This document shows, in pieces, positions 30,491 to 43,326 of a stretch of 64,000 bases of DNA (positions are counted from its first letter, which is position 1; each line of letters opens with the position of its first letter). The position numbers were made by a program, and so were the translations under genes. The stretch lies in assembly GCF_058153355.1 (NCBI RefSeq), contig NZ_CM177019.1; one strand, given 5' to 3'. Under the pieces are notes generated by a model. That model did no database searches, was not told the DNA's origin, and saw only the letters and a program-made list of their open reading frames with translations.

Positions 30491-31717
30491 TTATCTCACC
30501 AGCTTTTCGGCACGCTGGTGTTTGGCCTGATACATATTGTGATCGGCCAGCTCTTGTAATTTTTCCGCAGAGGCATGCTCAATGGTCATCGCGTAACCAA
30601 TGCTTAATGTCATGGTGGTCTGATGACCATTATGAAGATCAAACGGGCGATTAAAGATTTGTGTCAGTGCTGAGCAAATCCGCTGCACTTCAGATTCCGA
30701 CTGTACACCATAGAGCACCATCGCGAATTCATCGCCGCCTATGCGGTATGCTTTATGTTGCAGCCCGCCAAATTCTGCTAACCGTTTTGCTACCTCAATC
30801 AAGACCCGATCGCCCGTCGCATGACCCCAGGTATCGTTGATATATTTAAAATTATCGCCATCAAGAAACAGTAACGCCGACGTTTTTCTGGCGTCGGAAC
30901 TGCTCATCAACGTGTTGATGCCGCTACGAAACGCAGCCCGGTTCGCCAGCCCGGTTAATGGGTCATGTAGCGCGGTACGTAGCAGCTGCGCATTTTTAGC
31001 CTGTAAGCGAAGCTGCCACTCTTCCATTTCATCCAGCAGACTGTTGAAGTCGAGAGCGAAGCGGTGAAACTCAGCGATACGTTCTTCCGAAACTCGTCGG
31101 GAAAAATTGCGGTTGGAACGCACATCATGTACGACATCGGTGATATTTTTCAGCGCTTCCACCAGGCCATTGTGCAAATGGCGGGTGAGGGTAATTGCGA
31201 TGCCTGATGCCAGCAGAATACAACCGGTCAGGACAGCGAGCGAAAACCAGATAAAATGGCTGATTGAACTGTCGCGAGCGGTTAAGCGTACTTCGCCAAT
31301 GGTTTCACCATTGTGACGAATCGGCTGAGTGATGGGGGCAGGGAAGAGCCAGTGGCTTATGAAATTGCTGAAAGTATCGCCTGGATCCTTACGGGTGTAA
31401 TGCCAGGATGCCAGAATATTTTGCTGCTTATCACGCACTTCTGCAGTTGAAAATTGCCCTTGCTTCCCCAGCGCTGCCAGTGTTTGAGTTGCTGCAGGGC
31501 CATCGGCAAAAACGACCGCTGCTTCCAGACTGTAAGTCATTGTTGCTGCTGTCAGTGCCAGGTTTTTTTGCGCGTACTGTTTCAGGGTCAGCACCGAGGT
31601 CACGGAAAGCAGCAACCAGATCAGCATCATAGTGATAAATATGCTGGTCATACTGATGTTGCGTAATGCTCTTTTAAACGTGGGGCGCTTATTAAGAGAA
31701 TTATCGTTATCCATCAT
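30491..31717 (-). CDS. dgcN: diguanylate cyclase DgcN (YfiN)
   Basis: 408-aa ORF; GGDEF motif (RIGGDEF). Confidence 0.88.
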   Translation of the reverse strand: MMDNDNSLNKRPTFKRALRNISMTSIFITMMLIWLLLSVTSVLTLKQYAQKNLALTAATMTYSLEAAVVFADGPAATQTLAALGKQGQFSTAEVRDKQQNILASWHYTRKDPGDTFSNFISHWLFPAPITQPIRHNGETIGEVRLTARDSSISHFIWFSLAVLTGCILLASGIAITLTRHLHNGLVEALKNITDVVHDVRSNRNFSRRVSEERIAEFHRFALDFNSLLDEMEEWQLRLQAKNAQLLRTALHDPLTGLANRAAFRSGINTLMSSSDARKTSALLFLDGDNFKYINDTWGHATGDRVLIEVAKRLAEFGGLQHKAYRIGGDEFAMVLYGVQSESEVQRICSALTQIFNRPFDLHNGHQTTMTLSIGYAMTIEHASAEKLQELADHNMYQAKHQRAEKLVR

Positions 31718-32225
31718 TTTTCTTCCGTGCGAGCATTAAGACATCTGGGTTCACCTTTACACCGCTACGCGATAAGGCATCCAGGTTTACGGCAAATCTG
31801 ACGTCATTATTGTGGATGATCAGACAAAAGGCGCTGCCAATAATGCACTCGGCATTTTGTTCGGCAATTAATAATAACGCCTTTGACGGATATTGTTCGG
31901 TTAATTCCATCTGGAATGTTGGTGACTCGTTGCCAAAATAAAAACCATTGCAGCCTGATATCATCGCCTCTTGTTGAGAGTGAATGATGACAGGCAGATA
32001 AGGCAAAGATGTCGCGCCATTCTCTTGTAGGGCGGTACTAAAACGTGAAGATGAAAAGATACATAACTTTGGTAGGCCTGATAGCGCAGGCCAGCGAGTG
32101 TAACTGACAATACCGGAAACCATCGTACGCACGTTTTTCGCAACGTCTGAAGGTTCCTGAGCGAGTATTGGTGCTCCCGTCAGGAGGAGAATCAGTAGTA
32201 AGAACAGACGATGAGAAAAACGCAT
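31707..32225 (-). CDS. yfiR: periplasmic repressor of DgcN, YfiR
   Basis: 172-aa ORF with signal peptide; overlaps the dgcN start by 11 bp. Confidence 0.85.
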   Translation of the reverse strand: MRFSHRLFLLLILLLTGAPILAQEPSDVAKNVRTMVSGIVSYTRWPALSGLPKLCIFSSSRFSTALQENGATSLPYLPVIIHSQQEAMISGCNGFYFGNESPTFQMELTEQYPSKALLLIAEQNAECIIGSAFCLIIHNNDVRFAVNLDALSRSGVKVNPDVLMLARKKNDG

Positions 32226-32375
32226 TCAGGGATCCTCACCATCTTCGCTTGCAATGCATCGATAATTTTTCAGAATGCTCATTAAAATATCATTTTTTTA
32301 TGCAGTCGTCATCAGAGTGGGAAATAAAAAATAATAAGTAAAATCTCATGTTTAATTTATTGTTGGGGAGGTTAA

Positions 32376-32741
32376 TTAATTTAATCGTATTGTGCTGGCA
32401 TTCTCATCAGCCCCTTTTTGCCATACTTCATGCAGTTGGCTGGCATTTTCAACATTGTTGCAGCTGGCAGGAAAGCTTTTACCGGAAAGTCCTCGGGCAT
32501 AAGTAAAATCGGTCTGGCAAGTTTTCTTTTGTCCTTCGGCATATCCTTTAAGGTATAGACCGCGATCCGCCTGTGAATCGCTAAATGCATCGTCATCTTT
32601 TATGGCGTTGCCCGATATCGCATCTTCCATACCAACATCATACCAGTCGGTGCTGGTCAAGGTTGGCGCGTGAGTATAAGGATCAATCTGACATCCGCTA
32701 ACCAGTAAAGCCAACAAGGGGGCGATAAACTTTTTCATCAT
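32376..32741 (-). CDS. yfiL: lipoprotein YfiL
   Basis: 121-aa product from MMKKFIAPLLALLVSGCQ; RBS aaaaggagaaagaa; ORF track extends upstream. Confidence 0.7.
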   Translation of the reverse strand: MMKKFIAPLLALLVSGCQIDPYTHAPTLTSTDWYDVGMEDAISGNAIKDDDAFSDSQADRGLYLKGYAEGQKKTCQTDFTYARGLSGKSFPASCNNVENASQLHEVWQKGADENASTIRLN

Positions 32742-32786
32742 TTCTTTCTCCTTTTTCAAAGCATAGCGGATTGTTTTCAAAGGCGA

Positions 32787-32856
32787 TGTAAATTTATTTA
32801 TACACAAACAAGGGTTAAAAGCGCGAATAAATTGCTTGTGTAAAGAAAAATGTACG
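32787..32856. promoter_or_regulatory. TyrR boxes of the aroF promoter region
   Basis: tgtaaatttatttataca (32787..32804) and tgtaaagaaaaatgtacg (32839..32856) fit TGTAAA-N6-TTTACA. Confidence 0.55.
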
Positions 32857-32950
32857 AAATATGGATTGAAAACTTTACTTTATGTGTTATCGTTACGTCA
32901 TCCTCGCTGAGGATCAACTATCGCAAACGAGCATAAACAGGATCGCCATC

Positions 32951-34021
32951 ATGCAAAAAGACGCGCTGAATAACGTACATATTACCGACGAACAAGTTTT
33001 AATGACTCCGGAACAACTGAAGGCCGCTTTTCCATTAAGCCTGCAACAGGAAGCCCAGATTGCTGACTCGCGTAAAACCATTTCAGATATTATCGCCGGG
33101 CGCGATCCTCGTCTGTTGGTAGTATGTGGTCCTTGTTCCATTCATGATCCGGAAACTGCTCTGGAATATGCTCGTCGATTTAAAGCCCTTGCCGCAGAGG
33201 TCAGCGATAGCCTCTATCTGGTAATGCGCGTCTATTTTGAAAAACCCCGTACCACTGTCGGTTGGAAAGGGTTGATTAACGATCCCCATATGGATGGCTC
33301 TTTTGATGTAGAAGCCGGGCTGCAGATCGCGCGTAAATTGCTGCTTGAGCTGGTGAATATGGGACTGCCACTGGCGACGGAAGCGTTAGATCCTAATAGC
33401 CCGCAATACCTGGGCGATCTGTTTAGCTGGTCAGCAATTGGTGCTCGTACAACGGAATCGCAAACACACCGTGAAATGGCCTCCGGGCTTTCCATGCCGG
33501 TTGGTTTTAAAAACGGCACCGATGGCAGTCTGGCAACGGCAATTAACGCTATGCGCGCCGCTGCCCAGCCGCACCGTTTTGTTGGCATTAACCAGGCAGG
33601 GCAGGTTGCGTTGCTACAAACTCAGGGGAATCCGGACGGGCATGTGATCCTGCGCGGTGGTAAAGCGCCAAACTATAGCCCTGCGGATGTTGCGCAATGT
33701 GAAAAAGAGATGGAACAGGCGGGACTGCGCCCGTCTCTGATGGTAGATTGCAGCCACGGTAATTCCAATAAAGATTATCGCCGTCAGCCTGCGGTGGCAG
33801 AATCCGTGGTTGCTCAAATCAAAGATGGAAATCGCTCAATTATTGGTCTGATGATCGAAAGTAATATCCACGAGGGCAATCAGTCTTCCGAGCAACCGCG
33901 CAGTGAAATGAAATACGGTGTATCCGTAACCGATGCCTGCATTAGCTGGGAAATGACCGATGCCTTGCTGCGTGAAATTCATCAGGATCTGAACGGGCAG
34001 CTGACGGCTCGCGTGGCTTAA
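32951..34021 (+). CDS. aroF: Tyr-sensitive DAHP synthase AroF
   Basis: 356-aa product from [15 protein letters not shown]... Confidence 0.92.
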   Translation: MQKDALNNVHITDEQVLMTPEQLKAAFPLSLQQEAQIADSRKTISDIIAGRDPRLLVVCGPCSIHDPETALEYARRFKALAAEVSDSLYLVMRVYFEKPRTTVGWKGLINDPHMDGSFDVEAGLQIARKLLLELVNMGLPLATEALDPNSPQYLGDLFSWSAIGARTTESQTHREMASGLSMPVGFKNGTDGSLATAINAMRAAAQPHRFVGINQAGQVALLQTQGNPDGHVILRGGKAPNYSPADVAQCEKEMEQAGLRPSLMVDCSHGNSNKDYRRQPAVAESVVAQIKDGNRSIIGLMIESNIHEGNQSSEQPRSEMKYGVSVTDACISWEMTDALLREIHQDLNGQLTARVA

Positions 34022-34031
34022 GAGGTTTATT

Positions 34032-35153
34032 ATGGTTGCTGAGTTGACCGCATTACGCGATCAAATTGATGAAGTCGATAAAGCGCTGCTGAATTTATTA
34101 GCGAAGCGTCTGGAACTGGTTGCTGAAGTTGGCGAGGTGAAAAGCCGCTTTGGACTGCCTATTTATGTTCCGGAGCGCGAGGCATCTATGTTGGCCTCGC
34201 GTCGTGCAGAGGCGGAAGCTCTGGGTGTACCGCCAGATCTGATTGAGGATGTTTTGCGTCGGGTGATGCGTGAATCTTACTCCAGTGAAAACGACAAAGG
34301 ATTTAAAACACTTTGTCCGTCACTGCGTCCGGTGGTTATCGTCGGCGGTGGCGGTCAGATGGGACGCCTGTTCGAGAAGATGCTGACGCTCTCGGGTTAT
34401 CAGGTGCGGATTCTGGAGCAACATGACTGGGATCGAGCGGCTGATATTGTTGCCGATGCCGGAATGGTGATTGTTAGTGTGCCCATCCACGTTACTGAGC
34501 AAGTTATCGGCAAATTACCGCCTTTACCGAAAGATTGTATTCTGGTTGATCTGGCATCAGTGAAAAATGGACCATTACAGGCCATGCTGGCGGCGCACGA
34601 TGGCCCGGTGCTGGGGTTACACCCGATGTTCGGCCCGGACAGCGGTAGCCTGGCAAAGCAAGTTGTGGTCTGGTGTGATGGACGTAAGCCCGAAGCATAC
34701 CAATGGTTTCTGGAGCAAATTCAGGTCTGGGGCGCTCGGTTGCATCGTATTAGCGCTGTCGAGCACGATCAGAATATGGCGTTTATTCAGGCTTTGCGCC
34801 ACTTTGCTACTTTTGCTTATGGGCTGCACCTGGCAGAAGAAAATGTTCAGCTTGAGCAACTACTGGCGCTCTCTTCGCCGATTTACCGCCTTGAGCTGGC
34901 GATGGTCGGGCGACTGTTTGCTCAGGATCCGCAGCTTTATGCCGACATTATTATGTCGTCAGAGCGTAATCTGGCGTTAATCAAACGTTACTATAAGCGT
35001 TTCGGCGAGGCGATTGAGTTGCTGGAGCAGGGCGATAAGCAGGCGTTTATTGACAGTTTCCGCAAGGTGGAGCACTGGTTCGGCGATTACGCACAGCGTT
35101 TTCAGAGTGAAAGCCGCGTGTTATTGCGTCAGGCGAATGACAGTCGCCAGTAA
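34032..35153 (+). CDS. tyrA: chorismate mutase / prephenate dehydrogenase TyrA
   Basis: 373-aa [20 protein letters not shown]... Confidence 0.92.
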   Translation: MVAELTALRDQIDEVDKALLNLLAKRLELVAEVGEVKSRFGLPIYVPEREASMLASRRAEAEALGVPPDLIEDVLRRVMRESYSSENDKGFKTLCPSLRPVVIVGGGGQMGRLFEKMLTLSGYQVRILEQHDWDRAADIVADAGMVIVSVPIHVTEQVIGKLPPLPKDCILVDLASVKNGPLQAMLAAHDGPVLGLHPMFGPDSGSLAKQVVVWCDGRKPEAYQWFLEQIQVWGARLHRISAVEHDQNMAFIQALRHFATFAYGLHLAEENVQLEQLLALSSPIYRLELAMVGRLFAQDPQLYADIIMSSERNLALIKRYYKRFGEAIELLEQGDKQAFIDSFRKVEHWFGDYAQRFQSESRVLLRQANDSRQ

Positions 35154-35160
35154 TAATCCA

Positions 35161-35188
35161 GTGCCGGGTGGCGTGTTTCACCCGGCAC
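35161..35188. terminator. bidirectional hairpin between convergent tyrA and pheA
   Basis: gtgccgggtg ... cacccggcac inverted repeat. Confidence 0.45.
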
Positions 35189-35195
35189 GATTTCA

Positions 35196-36356
35196 TTATG
35201 CCGGATCGACTGGTACCACATTCTCGCTTGGGTAACAGCCCAGGACTTTCATCGAGCGAGTGATTTCACCTAGCTCTTTCAACGCCTGTTGCATTTCCGC
35301 TGATTCCAGATTGGCCTGAATATCCAGATAAAACATCTCTTCCCACGGGTTTCCGTGAATCGGGCGTGATTCCAGACGGGTCATAATCAGATTGTGGTTG
35401 CGCAGTACCAGCAACGCTTCAACCAGCGCACCAGCTTGTTGTCCGGTCGCCATTAACAACGTCGTTTTCGCCGGAACCTGGTCAGAAACGTTAATGGCTT
35501 TACGTGCCAACACCACAAATCGGGTGAAGTTTTGTCGCTGATTCGCTTCAATATGCTCCAGTACCTGCAAACCGTACAAAGTGCCGCCAGCTTCGCTTCC
35601 CAACGCAGCAACATGCGGTGATTTTGCCTGTGCAACCTTTTCCATTGCCGCAGACGTACTTTCGGTATATTCAATCTTCCAGTGCGGATAACGATTAAGG
35701 AATTTGCTGCATTGCTGGAATGGCTGCGGATGGCTGTAGACCGTATTAATGGTGGATAAATCAGTAGTGCCGGAGACCAACAAACAATGATCGATAGTTA
35801 ACGTCATCTCGCCAACAATCGACAAACTGGTATGTTGCAGCAGATCGTAAACGTCGTTTATGGCACCGGAGCTGGTATTTTCAATCGGTACGACGGCATA
35901 GTCGGCCTGGCCGGTTTCCACCTGATTAAAAATATCGGCAAATTTGGCGCAGCCACTTTCAATGAATTGCTCAAAGTGACGCGCAGCGTACTGACGAGCG
36001 GCAAGATGTGAATAGGAGCCTTTGGGGCCGAGAAAAGCGATGCGTGCTGAGTGCGGATTAATTTTATTGAGATGTTGCTGGAGCAGTGCCTGCTGAGTTA
36101 ATACGGAATCTTCAATGATGAGCTGGAACAGGCGAGTAATGTAATGGGCGTCCAGATGGTGCGCTTTACCGAGCGTAATTAATCTTTCCAGCAAATCGCG
36201 TTCGCGATCAATATCACGTACCGGGCGATGAGAGAGCAGTTTGGCTTTTCCCACCTCGACGGCCAGTTCGCGCCGCTCTGCCAGTAATGCTAATAATTTT
36301 TCATCCAGCGCGCTGATTTTCTCTCGCAGCGCCAGTAACGGGTTTTCCGATGTCAT
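35196..36356 (-). CDS. pheA: chorismate mutase / prephenate dehydratase PheA
   Basis: 386-aa [25 protein letters not shown]... Confidence 0.92.
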   Translation of the reverse strand: MTSENPLLALREKISALDEKLLALLAERRELAVEVGKAKLLSHRPVRDIDRERDLLERLITLGKAHHLDAHYITRLFQLIIEDSVLTQQALLQQHLNKINPHSARIAFLGPKGSYSHLAARQYAARHFEQFIESGCAKFADIFNQVETGQADYAVVPIENTSSGAINDVYDLLQHTSLSIVGEMTLTIDHCLLVSGTTDLSTINTVYSHPQPFQQCSKFLNRYPHWKIEYTESTSAAMEKVAQAKSPHVAALGSEAGGTLYGLQVLEHIEANQRQNFTRFVVLARKAINVSDQVPAKTTLLMATGQQAGALVEALLVLRNHNLIMTRLESRPIHGNPWEEMFYLDIQANLESAEMQQALKELGEITRSMKVLGCYPSENVVPVDPA

Positions 36357-36365
36357 AGTGTTGCC

Positions 36366-36400
36366 TTTTTGTTATCAATAAAAAAGGCCCCCCGGTTTGG
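36366..36400 (-). terminator. pheA attenuator terminator
   Basis: minus-strand aaggcctcccaaaccgggggccttttttatt hairpin plus U-run between pheL and pheA. Confidence 0.6.
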
Positions 36401-36454
36401 GAGGCCTTATTGTTCGTCTTCGCATTCTGTTTCACACGACGAAACGCCTCCCAT

Positions 36455-36502
36455 TCAGGGGAAGGTAAAAAAGAATGCGAAGAAAAACGGTGTGTGTTTC
36501 AT
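36455..36502 (-). CDS. pheL: pheA leader peptide PheL (Phe-rich)
   Basis: minus-strand ATG AAA CAC ACA CCG TTT TTC TTC GCA TTC TTT TTT ACC TTC CCC TGA = [15 protein letters not shown]. Confidence 0.75.
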   Translation of the reverse strand: [15 protein letters not shown]

Positions 36503-36605
36503 GTTTGTTTCCTTAAGTGACTTCAGTACAGTACCCGTACTGTTTTCACGCTGTCAACAAAAAACGCGCCCGAAGGCGCGTTGGCGATACACTCAATATA
36601 AAGGA

Positions 36606-37001
<396 letters not shown>

Positions 37002-37180
37002 TCAAAATGTGTGATGGAAATCTCATAATTTTGTCACTTTTTGTCAACGAATCTTTTTTGTGAGAAATCGCAGGAAGAGGTGTTTTTTTACTTGAGGAAT
37101 ATCTCAAAGCGAGCCATATTTGATGAGATCGATAGTGACTAAATCGCTTCAGTTTCACAACTAACAGAATAAAAAAACGG

Positions 37181-37193
37181 CAGCTCAAGGCTG
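37181..37193. repeat. target-site duplication of IS4 derivative, left copy (cagctcaaggctg)
   Basis: identical 13-mer at 38003..38015. Confidence 0.7.
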
Positions 37194-38002
37194 TAATGCC
37201 AGTCAGTTAAGCAACTGACTGGCTCTTTTTCGGGGCTGTGGGGTATTTCCAGGGCCTCTCCTTTACCACTCTCGGGAAGGCCCTTTCCCTTCTTGTCGGT
37301 AATTTCACTGGTTGTCCCATACTTGCAAGATCGCGCATCAGCTCCGGTATACGTCCCGGTGAAGCGCATGGCGTCCGTCATCGACGTCAGCAGATGGCTG
37401 GTCAGTTCCATCTGGCAGACCATTTTGACCTGCGGGTAGAGCGCCGGGTTCTCGGCATGTGTCTGGCGGGGGAAGGCTGCATCGTTCTCTGGTGTATCCG
37501 GTGTGCGCCAGAACACACCATCGATGGCCAGCAGGGTCAGGCCGCACCAGTGCGGATGCGGCGTGGCGTTATGCCAGAGCTGCGCTGTTTTCGTGAACAC
37601 GCGGCGGACAGCCTCACTTCCCAGGCGCTGGCGGGCCTGAATAACGGCACTGGGGGCAACGAAGGGGCGATTGCCCGGCAGCATGATGTCCAGGCGATTC
37701 ACAATCTGGTGAAGAGGTTCTTTACGCTCAAGCGCCATGCCAACAATACACCAGACCATCATTTCGAGGGGAAGACGGCGCTTGCGTAGCGTTACAGTAC
37801 CTGATTCGGCAAGGCAACGAGAGATGAGTTCGGGGTCGAGGTAATCCCCCAGAGAAGTCAGTGGGTTACGCAGAGAATCGTAACGGGATACCAGATCAAG
37901 AGCCTGTCCAATGTGCATAAAAAAATCCGGAAACGAGTGAGCGTTTCCGGATTCTTACACAGGCACTGGATCGGTCAACTGATCCTTAACTGATCGGCAT
38001 TA
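37194..38002 (-). mobile_element. internally deleted IS4 derivative (809 bp) with both terminal inverted repeats intact; transposase truncated
   Basis: ends taatgccagtcagttaag and cttaactgatcggcatta; aligned to the full IS4 at 18793..20218 it lacks two internal segments. Confidence 0.8.
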
Positions 38003-38015
38003 CAGCTCAAGGCTG
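38003..38015. repeat. target-site duplication of IS4 derivative, right copy (cagctcaaggctg)
   Basis: identical to 37181..37193. Confidence 0.7.
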
Positions 38016-38038
38016 CCGTTTTGTGTTTCAGGTTTCTG

Positions 38039-38776
38039 TTATGTATTGCTGCTGTTTGCGGCGATGATTTTCGCTACTTTTTCAGCTTGCGCATTCATCT
38101 GCATCTGACGGTATGCATTTTCCATCAGCGGCAGCGCATCACGCGTAGCCTGGGTATCCGGATAGTCGCGCAACATGCCTTCTACGCGGTTAACGACAGC
38201 AACCCATGCACCACGTTCTGTATAATACTCGGCAACGGAGTATTCATATTTCGCCAGACGATCTTTCAGGAATACCAGACGTTTGGTGGCATCGGTGGTG
38301 TACTGACTGTTCGGATAGCCGCGCACCAGTTTGGAAAAGTCACTAAACGCAGCTCGTGCATGTTGAGGATCGCGATCGCTACGGTCAACGCCAAAGAACC
38401 CTTGCAGCGCACTGTCATCCAGCGCCATATTGGTCAGGCCACGCATGTACATGACATAATCGATATTCGGATGGGTCGGGTTAAGGCGAATAAAACGATC
38501 GATGGCAGCCTGTGCTAACGGCAAATCGGCGTTTTTATAGTAGGCGTAGATGAGATCCAGCTGCACCTGCTGCGAATACGGACCAAACGGATAGCGATTA
38601 TCTAACGCTTCCAGTTGCGTTATTGCCTGTCTCCAGTTACCGTCCTGCAGCTTTTGTTGTGCAGTCGCGTAAATTTCATTTGGCGGATTATCAGGTACTT
38701 CTTCCTTTGACCCCGAGCAACCCGCCAAAAACAGGCTTAGTGTGGCGGCTGCCACCAGATATTTCATGCGCGTCAT
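38039..38776 (-). CDS. bamD: outer membrane assembly lipoprotein BamD (YfiO)
   Basis: 245-aa ORF with lipobox LAGCS; TPR-like. Confidence 0.92.
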
Positions 38777-38910
38777 GACGTTTTGACTTTCCTCAAAATG
38801 TAATACGGGAGATTCTCTGTTCCTGCTCCCGGTTAAGACCAGCTACAATAGCACACTATATTAAACGGCAAAGCCGTAAAACCCCAACGATAAACGAAGA
38901 AGCAGTATAT

Positions 38911-39891
38911 ATGGCACAACGAGTACAGCTCACTGCAACGGTGTCCGAAAACCAACTCGGTCAACGCTTAGATCAGGCTTTGGCCGAAATGTTCCCGGAT
39001 TATTCACGTTCGCGAATAAAAGAATGGATCCTCGACCAGCGCGTGCTGGTTAACGGCAAAGTTTGTGATAAGCCGAAAGAAAAAGTATTGGGTGGCGAGC
39101 AGGTGGCCATCAACGCTGAGATTGAAGAAGAAGCGCGTTTTGAACCGCAGGATATCCCGCTGGATATCGTCTATGAAGATGAAGATATCATCGTCATTAA
39201 TAAACCACGCGACCTGGTGGTACATCCTGGCGCGGGTAACCCGGATGGCACGGTACTGAATGCGTTGCTTCATTATTATCCGCCCATTGCCGATGTACCG
39301 CGTGCGGGCATCGTCCATCGTCTGGATAAAGACACCACCGGCCTGATGGTTGTGGCAAAAACCGTTCCGGCTCAGACGCGTTTAGTCGAATCTTTGCAAC
39401 GGCGTGAAATTACTCGTGAGTATGAAGCGGTGGCAATTGGTCATATGACCGCTGGCGGTACAGTAGATGAACCAATCAGCCGCCACCCGACCAAACGTAC
39501 TCACATGGCGGTGCATCCGATGGGTAAACCGGCGGTCACTCACTATCGCATCATGGAACACTTCCGTGTGCACACGCGTCTGCGGTTGCGTCTGGAAACC
39601 GGACGTACGCACCAGATCCGCGTGCATATGGCCCATATCACTCATCCGCTCGTGGGCGATCCGGTTTATGGCGGCCGTCCGCGTCCGCCAAAAGGTGCTT
39701 CGGAAGCGTTTATCTCCACGCTGCGTAAGTTTGACCGCCAGGCGCTTCATGCAACCATGCTGCGTCTTTATCACCCGATCTCCGGCATCGAAATGGAATG
39801 GCATGCGCCTATTCCACAAGATATGGTGGAGCTGATTGAGGTGATGCGCGCCGATTTCGAAGAGCATAAGGATGAAGTGGACTGGTTATGA
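38911..39891 (+). CDS. rluD: 23S rRNA pseudouridine synthase RluD
   Basis: 326-aa ORF; S4 domain plus HRLDKDTTG motif. Confidence 0.92.
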   Translation: MAQRVQLTATVSENQLGQRLDQALAEMFPDYSRSRIKEWILDQRVLVNGKVCDKPKEKVLGGEQVAINAEIEEEARFEPQDIPLDIVYEDEDIIVINKPRDLVVHPGAGNPDGTVLNALLHYYPPIADVPRAGIVHRLDKDTTGLMVVAKTVPAQTRLVESLQRREITREYEAVAIGHMTAGGTVDEPISRHPTKRTHMAVHPMGKPAVTHYRIMEHFRVHTRLRLRLETGRTHQIRVHMAHITHPLVGDPVYGGRPRPPKGASEAFISTLRKFDRQALHATMLRLYHPISGIEMEWHAPIPQDMVELIEVMRADFEEHKDEVDWL

Positions 39892-40619
39892 GTAAGCTGA
39901 TTGTCCCGCAGTGGCCGCTGCCAAAAGGTGTTGCGGCCTGTAGCTCTACCCGTATCGGCGGCGTGAGCTTGCCGCCGTATGACTCGCTCAACCTCGGTGC
40001 CCATTGTGGCGATAACCCGGATCACGTCGAGGAAAATCGTAAGCGACTTTTTGCTGCGGGCAATTTGCCTTCAAAACCGGTCTGGCTTGAGCAGGTACAC
40101 GGCAAAGATGTGCTTAAGCTTACTGGCGAACCTTATGCCTCAAAACGAGCGGATGCCTCTTATAGCAATACGCCCGGCACGGTTTGCGCCGTGATGACGG
40201 CTGACTGCCTCCCTGTGCTGTTTTGCAATCGAGCGGGAACGGAAGTCGCCGCCGCTCATGCTGGCTGGCGTGGACTGTGCGCAGGCGTGCTGGAAGAGAC
40301 GGTTTCCTGTTTTGCTGATAATCCCGAAAACATTCTCGCCTGGTTAGGGCCGGCAATTGGTCCACGCGCGTTTGAAGTGGGAGCGGAGGTTCGCGAGGCG
40401 TTTATGGCAGTAGACGCCAAAGCGAGTGCAGCTTTCATTCAGCATGGAGATAAATATCTGGCGGATATTTATCAGCTTGCCCGGCAGCGTCTGGCGAACG
40501 TTGGTGTTGAGCAAATTTTCGGCGGTGATCGCTGTACATACACAGAAAATGAGACATTCTTCTCTTATCGTCGCGACAAGACCACTGGTCGTATGGCAAG
40601 TTTCATTTGGCTGATATAA
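39888..40619 (+). CDS. yfiH: purine nucleoside phosphorylase / polyphenol oxidase YfiH
   Basis: 243-aa ORF overlapping the rluD stop by 4 bp. Confidence 0.85.
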   Translation: MSKLIVPQWPLPKGVAACSSTRIGGVSLPPYDSLNLGAHCGDNPDHVEENRKRLFAAGNLPSKPVWLEQVHGKDVLKLTGEPYASKRADASYSNTPGTVCAVMTADCLPVLFCNRAGTEVAAAHAGWRGLCAGVLEETVSCFADNPENILAWLGPAIGPRAFEVGAEVREAFMAVDAKASAAFIQHGDKYLADIYQLARQRLANVGVEQIFGGDRCTYTENETFFSYRRDKTTGRMASFIWLI

Positions 40620-40748
40620 CCTAAAGAATCAAGACGATCCGGTACGCGTGATTTTCTTTTCACATTAATCTGGTCAATAACCTTGAATAATTGAGGGATG
40701 ACCTCATTTAATCTCCAGTAGCAACTTTGATCCGTTATGGGAGGAGTT

Positions 40749-43322
40749 ATGCGTCTGGATCGTCTTACTAATAAATTCCAGCTTGCTCTTGCCGATGCCC
40801 AATCACTTGCACTCGGGCACGACAACCAATTCATCGAACCACTTCATTTAATGAGCGCCCTGCTGAATCAGGAAGGGGGTTCGGTTAGTCCTTTATTAAC
40901 ATCCGCCGGCATCAATGCTGGTCAGTTGCGCACAGATATCAATCAGGCATTAAATCGTTTACCGCAGGTTGAAGGCACTGGCGGTGATGTCCAGCCCTCA
41001 CAGGATCTGGTGCGCGTTCTTAATCTTTGCGACAAGCTGGCGCAAAAACGTGGTGATAACTTTATCTCGTCAGAACTGTTCGTTCTGGCGGCACTTGAGT
41101 CTCGCGGCACGCTGGCCGACATCCTGAAAGCAGCAGGGGCGACCACCGCCAACATTACTCAAGCGATTGAACAAATGCGTGGAGGTGAAAGCGTGAACGA
41201 TCAAGGAGCTGAAGACCAACGTCAGGCTTTGAAAAAATACACCATCGACCTCACCGAACGAGCCGAACAAGGCAAACTCGATCCGGTGATTGGCCGTGAT
41301 GAAGAAATTCGCCGTACCATTCAGGTACTGCAACGTCGTACTAAAAATAACCCGGTGCTGATTGGTGAACCAGGCGTTGGTAAAACAGCCATCGTTGAAG
41401 GTCTGGCTCAGCGTATTATCAATGGCGAGGTACCGGAAGGGCTGAAAGGCCGCCGCGTACTGGCGCTGGATATGGGCGCGCTGGTGGCCGGGGCGAAATA
41501 TCGCGGTGAGTTTGAAGAACGTTTAAAAGGCGTGCTTAACGATCTCGCCAAACAGGAAGGCAACGTCATCCTGTTTATCGACGAATTACATACCATGGTC
41601 GGTGCGGGTAAAGCCGATGGCGCAATGGACGCCGGCAACATGCTGAAACCGGCGCTGGCGCGTGGTGAATTGCACTGCGTAGGTGCCACGACACTGGACG
41701 AATATCGCCAGTACATCGAAAAAGATGCTGCGCTGGAACGTCGTTTCCAGAAAGTGTTTGTTGCCGAGCCAACCGTGGAAGACACCATTGCTATTCTGCG
41801 TGGCCTGAAAGAACGTTACGAGCTGCACCACCATGTGCAAATTACTGACCCGGCAATTGTTGCAGCGGCGACGTTGTCTCATCGCTACATTGCGGACCGT
41901 CAGCTGCCGGATAAAGCCATCGACCTGATCGATGAAGCAGCATCCAGCATTCGTATGCAGATTGACTCAAAACCAGAGGAACTCGATCGACTCGATCGTC
42001 GTATCATCCAGCTCAAACTGGAACAACAGGCGTTAATGAAAGAGTCTGATGAAGCCAGTAAAAAACGCCTGGATATGCTTAACGAAGAACTGAGCGACAA
42101 AGAACGTCAGTACTCCGAGTTAGAAGAAGAGTGGAAAGCAGAGAAAGCCTCGCTCTCTGGTACGCAGACCATTAAAGCGGAACTGGAACAGGCGAAAATC
42201 GCTATTGAACAGGCTCGCCGTGTGGGTGACTTGGCGCGGATGTCTGAACTGCAATACGGCAAAATCCCGGAACTGGAAAAGCAACTGGAAGCCGCAACGC
42301 AGCTCGAAGGCAAAACTATGCGTCTGTTGCGTAATAAAGTGACCGACGCCGAAATTGCTGAAGTGCTGGCGCGTTGGACGGGGATTCCGGTTTCTCGCAT
42401 GATGGAAAGCGAGCGCGAAAAACTGCTGCGTATGGAGCAAGAGCTGCACCATCGCGTTATTGGTCAGAACGAAGCGGTTGATGCGGTATCTAACGCTATT
42501 CGTCGTAGCCGTGCGGGGCTTGCTGACCCGAATCGCCCGATTGGTTCATTCCTGTTCCTCGGCCCAACGGGTGTGGGGAAAACTGAGCTTTGTAAGGCGC
42601 TGGCGAACTTTATGTTTGATAGCGACGAGGCGATGGTCCGTATCGATATGTCCGAGTTTATGGAGAAACACTCGGTGTCTCGTCTGGTTGGTGCGCCTCC
42701 GGGATATGTCGGTTATGAAGAAGGTGGCTACCTGACCGAAGCAGTGCGTCGTCGTCCGTATTCCGTCATCCTGCTGGATGAAGTGGAAAAAGCGCATCCG
42801 GATGTCTTCAACATTCTGTTGCAGGTACTGGATGATGGGCGTCTGACTGACGGGCAGGGGAGAACGGTCGACTTCCGTAATACGGTTGTCATTATGACCT
42901 CTAACCTCGGTTCCGATTTGATTCAGGAACGCTTCGGTGAACTGGATTATGCGCACATGAAAGAGCTGGTACTCGGTGTGGTAAGCCATAACTTCCGTCC
43001 GGAATTCATTAACCGTATCGATGAAGTGGTGGTCTTCCATCCGCTGGGTGAACAGCACATTGCGTCGATTGCGCAGATTCAGTTGAAACGTCTGTACAAA
43101 CGTCTGGAAGAACGTGGTTATGAAATCCACATTTCTGACGAGGCGCTGAAACTGCTGAGCGAGAACGGTTACGATCCGGTCTATGGTGCACGTCCTCTGA
43201 AACGTGCTATCCAGCAGCAGATCGAAAACCCGCTGGCACAGCAAATACTGTCTGGTGAATTGGTTCCGGGTAAAGTTATTCGCCTGGAGGTTAATGAAGA
43301 CAGGATTGTCGCCGTCCAGTAA
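40749..43322 (+). CDS. clpB: chaperone disaggregase ClpB
   Basis: 857-aa product from [11 protein letters not shown]...; two AAA+ modules ([16 protein letters not shown]). Confidence 0.93.
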   Translation: MRLDRLTNKFQLALADAQSLALGHDNQFIEPLHLMSALLNQEGGSVSPLLTSAGINAGQLRTDINQALNRLPQVEGTGGDVQPSQDLVRVLNLCDKLAQKRGDNFISSELFVLAALESRGTLADILKAAGATTANITQAIEQMRGGESVNDQGAEDQRQALKKYTIDLTERAEQGKLDPVIGRDEEIRRTIQVLQRRTKNNPVLIGEPGVGKTAIVEGLAQRIINGEVPEGLKGRRVLALDMGALVAGAKYRGEFEERLKGVLNDLAKQEGNVILFIDELHTMVGAGKADGAMDAGNMLKPALARGELHCVGATTLDEYRQYIEKDAALERRFQKVFVAEPTVEDTIAILRGLKERYELHHHVQITDPAIVAAATLSHRYIADRQLPDKAIDLIDEAASSIRMQIDSKPEELDRLDRRIIQLKLEQQALMKESDEASKKRLDMLNEELSDKERQYSELEEEWKAEKASLSGTQTIKAELEQAKIAIEQARRVGDLARMSELQYGKIPELEKQLEAATQLEGKTMRLLRNKVTDAEIAEVLARWTGIPVSRMMESEREKLLRMEQELHHRVIGQNEAVDAVSNAIRRSRAGLADPNRPIGSFLFLGPTGVGKTELCKALANFMFDSDEAMVRIDMSEFMEKHSVSRLVGAPPGYVGYEEGGYLTEAVRRRPYSVILLDEVEKAHPDVFNILLQVLDDGRLTDGQGRTVDFRNTVVIMTSNLGSDLIQERFGELDYAHMKELVLGVVSHNFRPEFINRIDEVVVFHPLGEQHIASIAQIQLKRLYKRLEERGYEIHISDEALKLLSENGYDPVYGARPLKRAIQQQIENPLAQQILSGELVPGKVIRLEVNEDRIVAVQ

Positions 43323-43326
43323 TGAT

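Noticed and set aside
42546-43244. 232-aa ORF antisense to clpB, and similar long antisense ORFs (26428..27042 in ffh, 36369..37028 opposite raiA, 61252..62166 in srmB, 56183..56785 in yfiF)
   Set aside because: Each is fully embedded antisense in a well-conserved gene, with no independent RBS or motif; typical shadow ORFs
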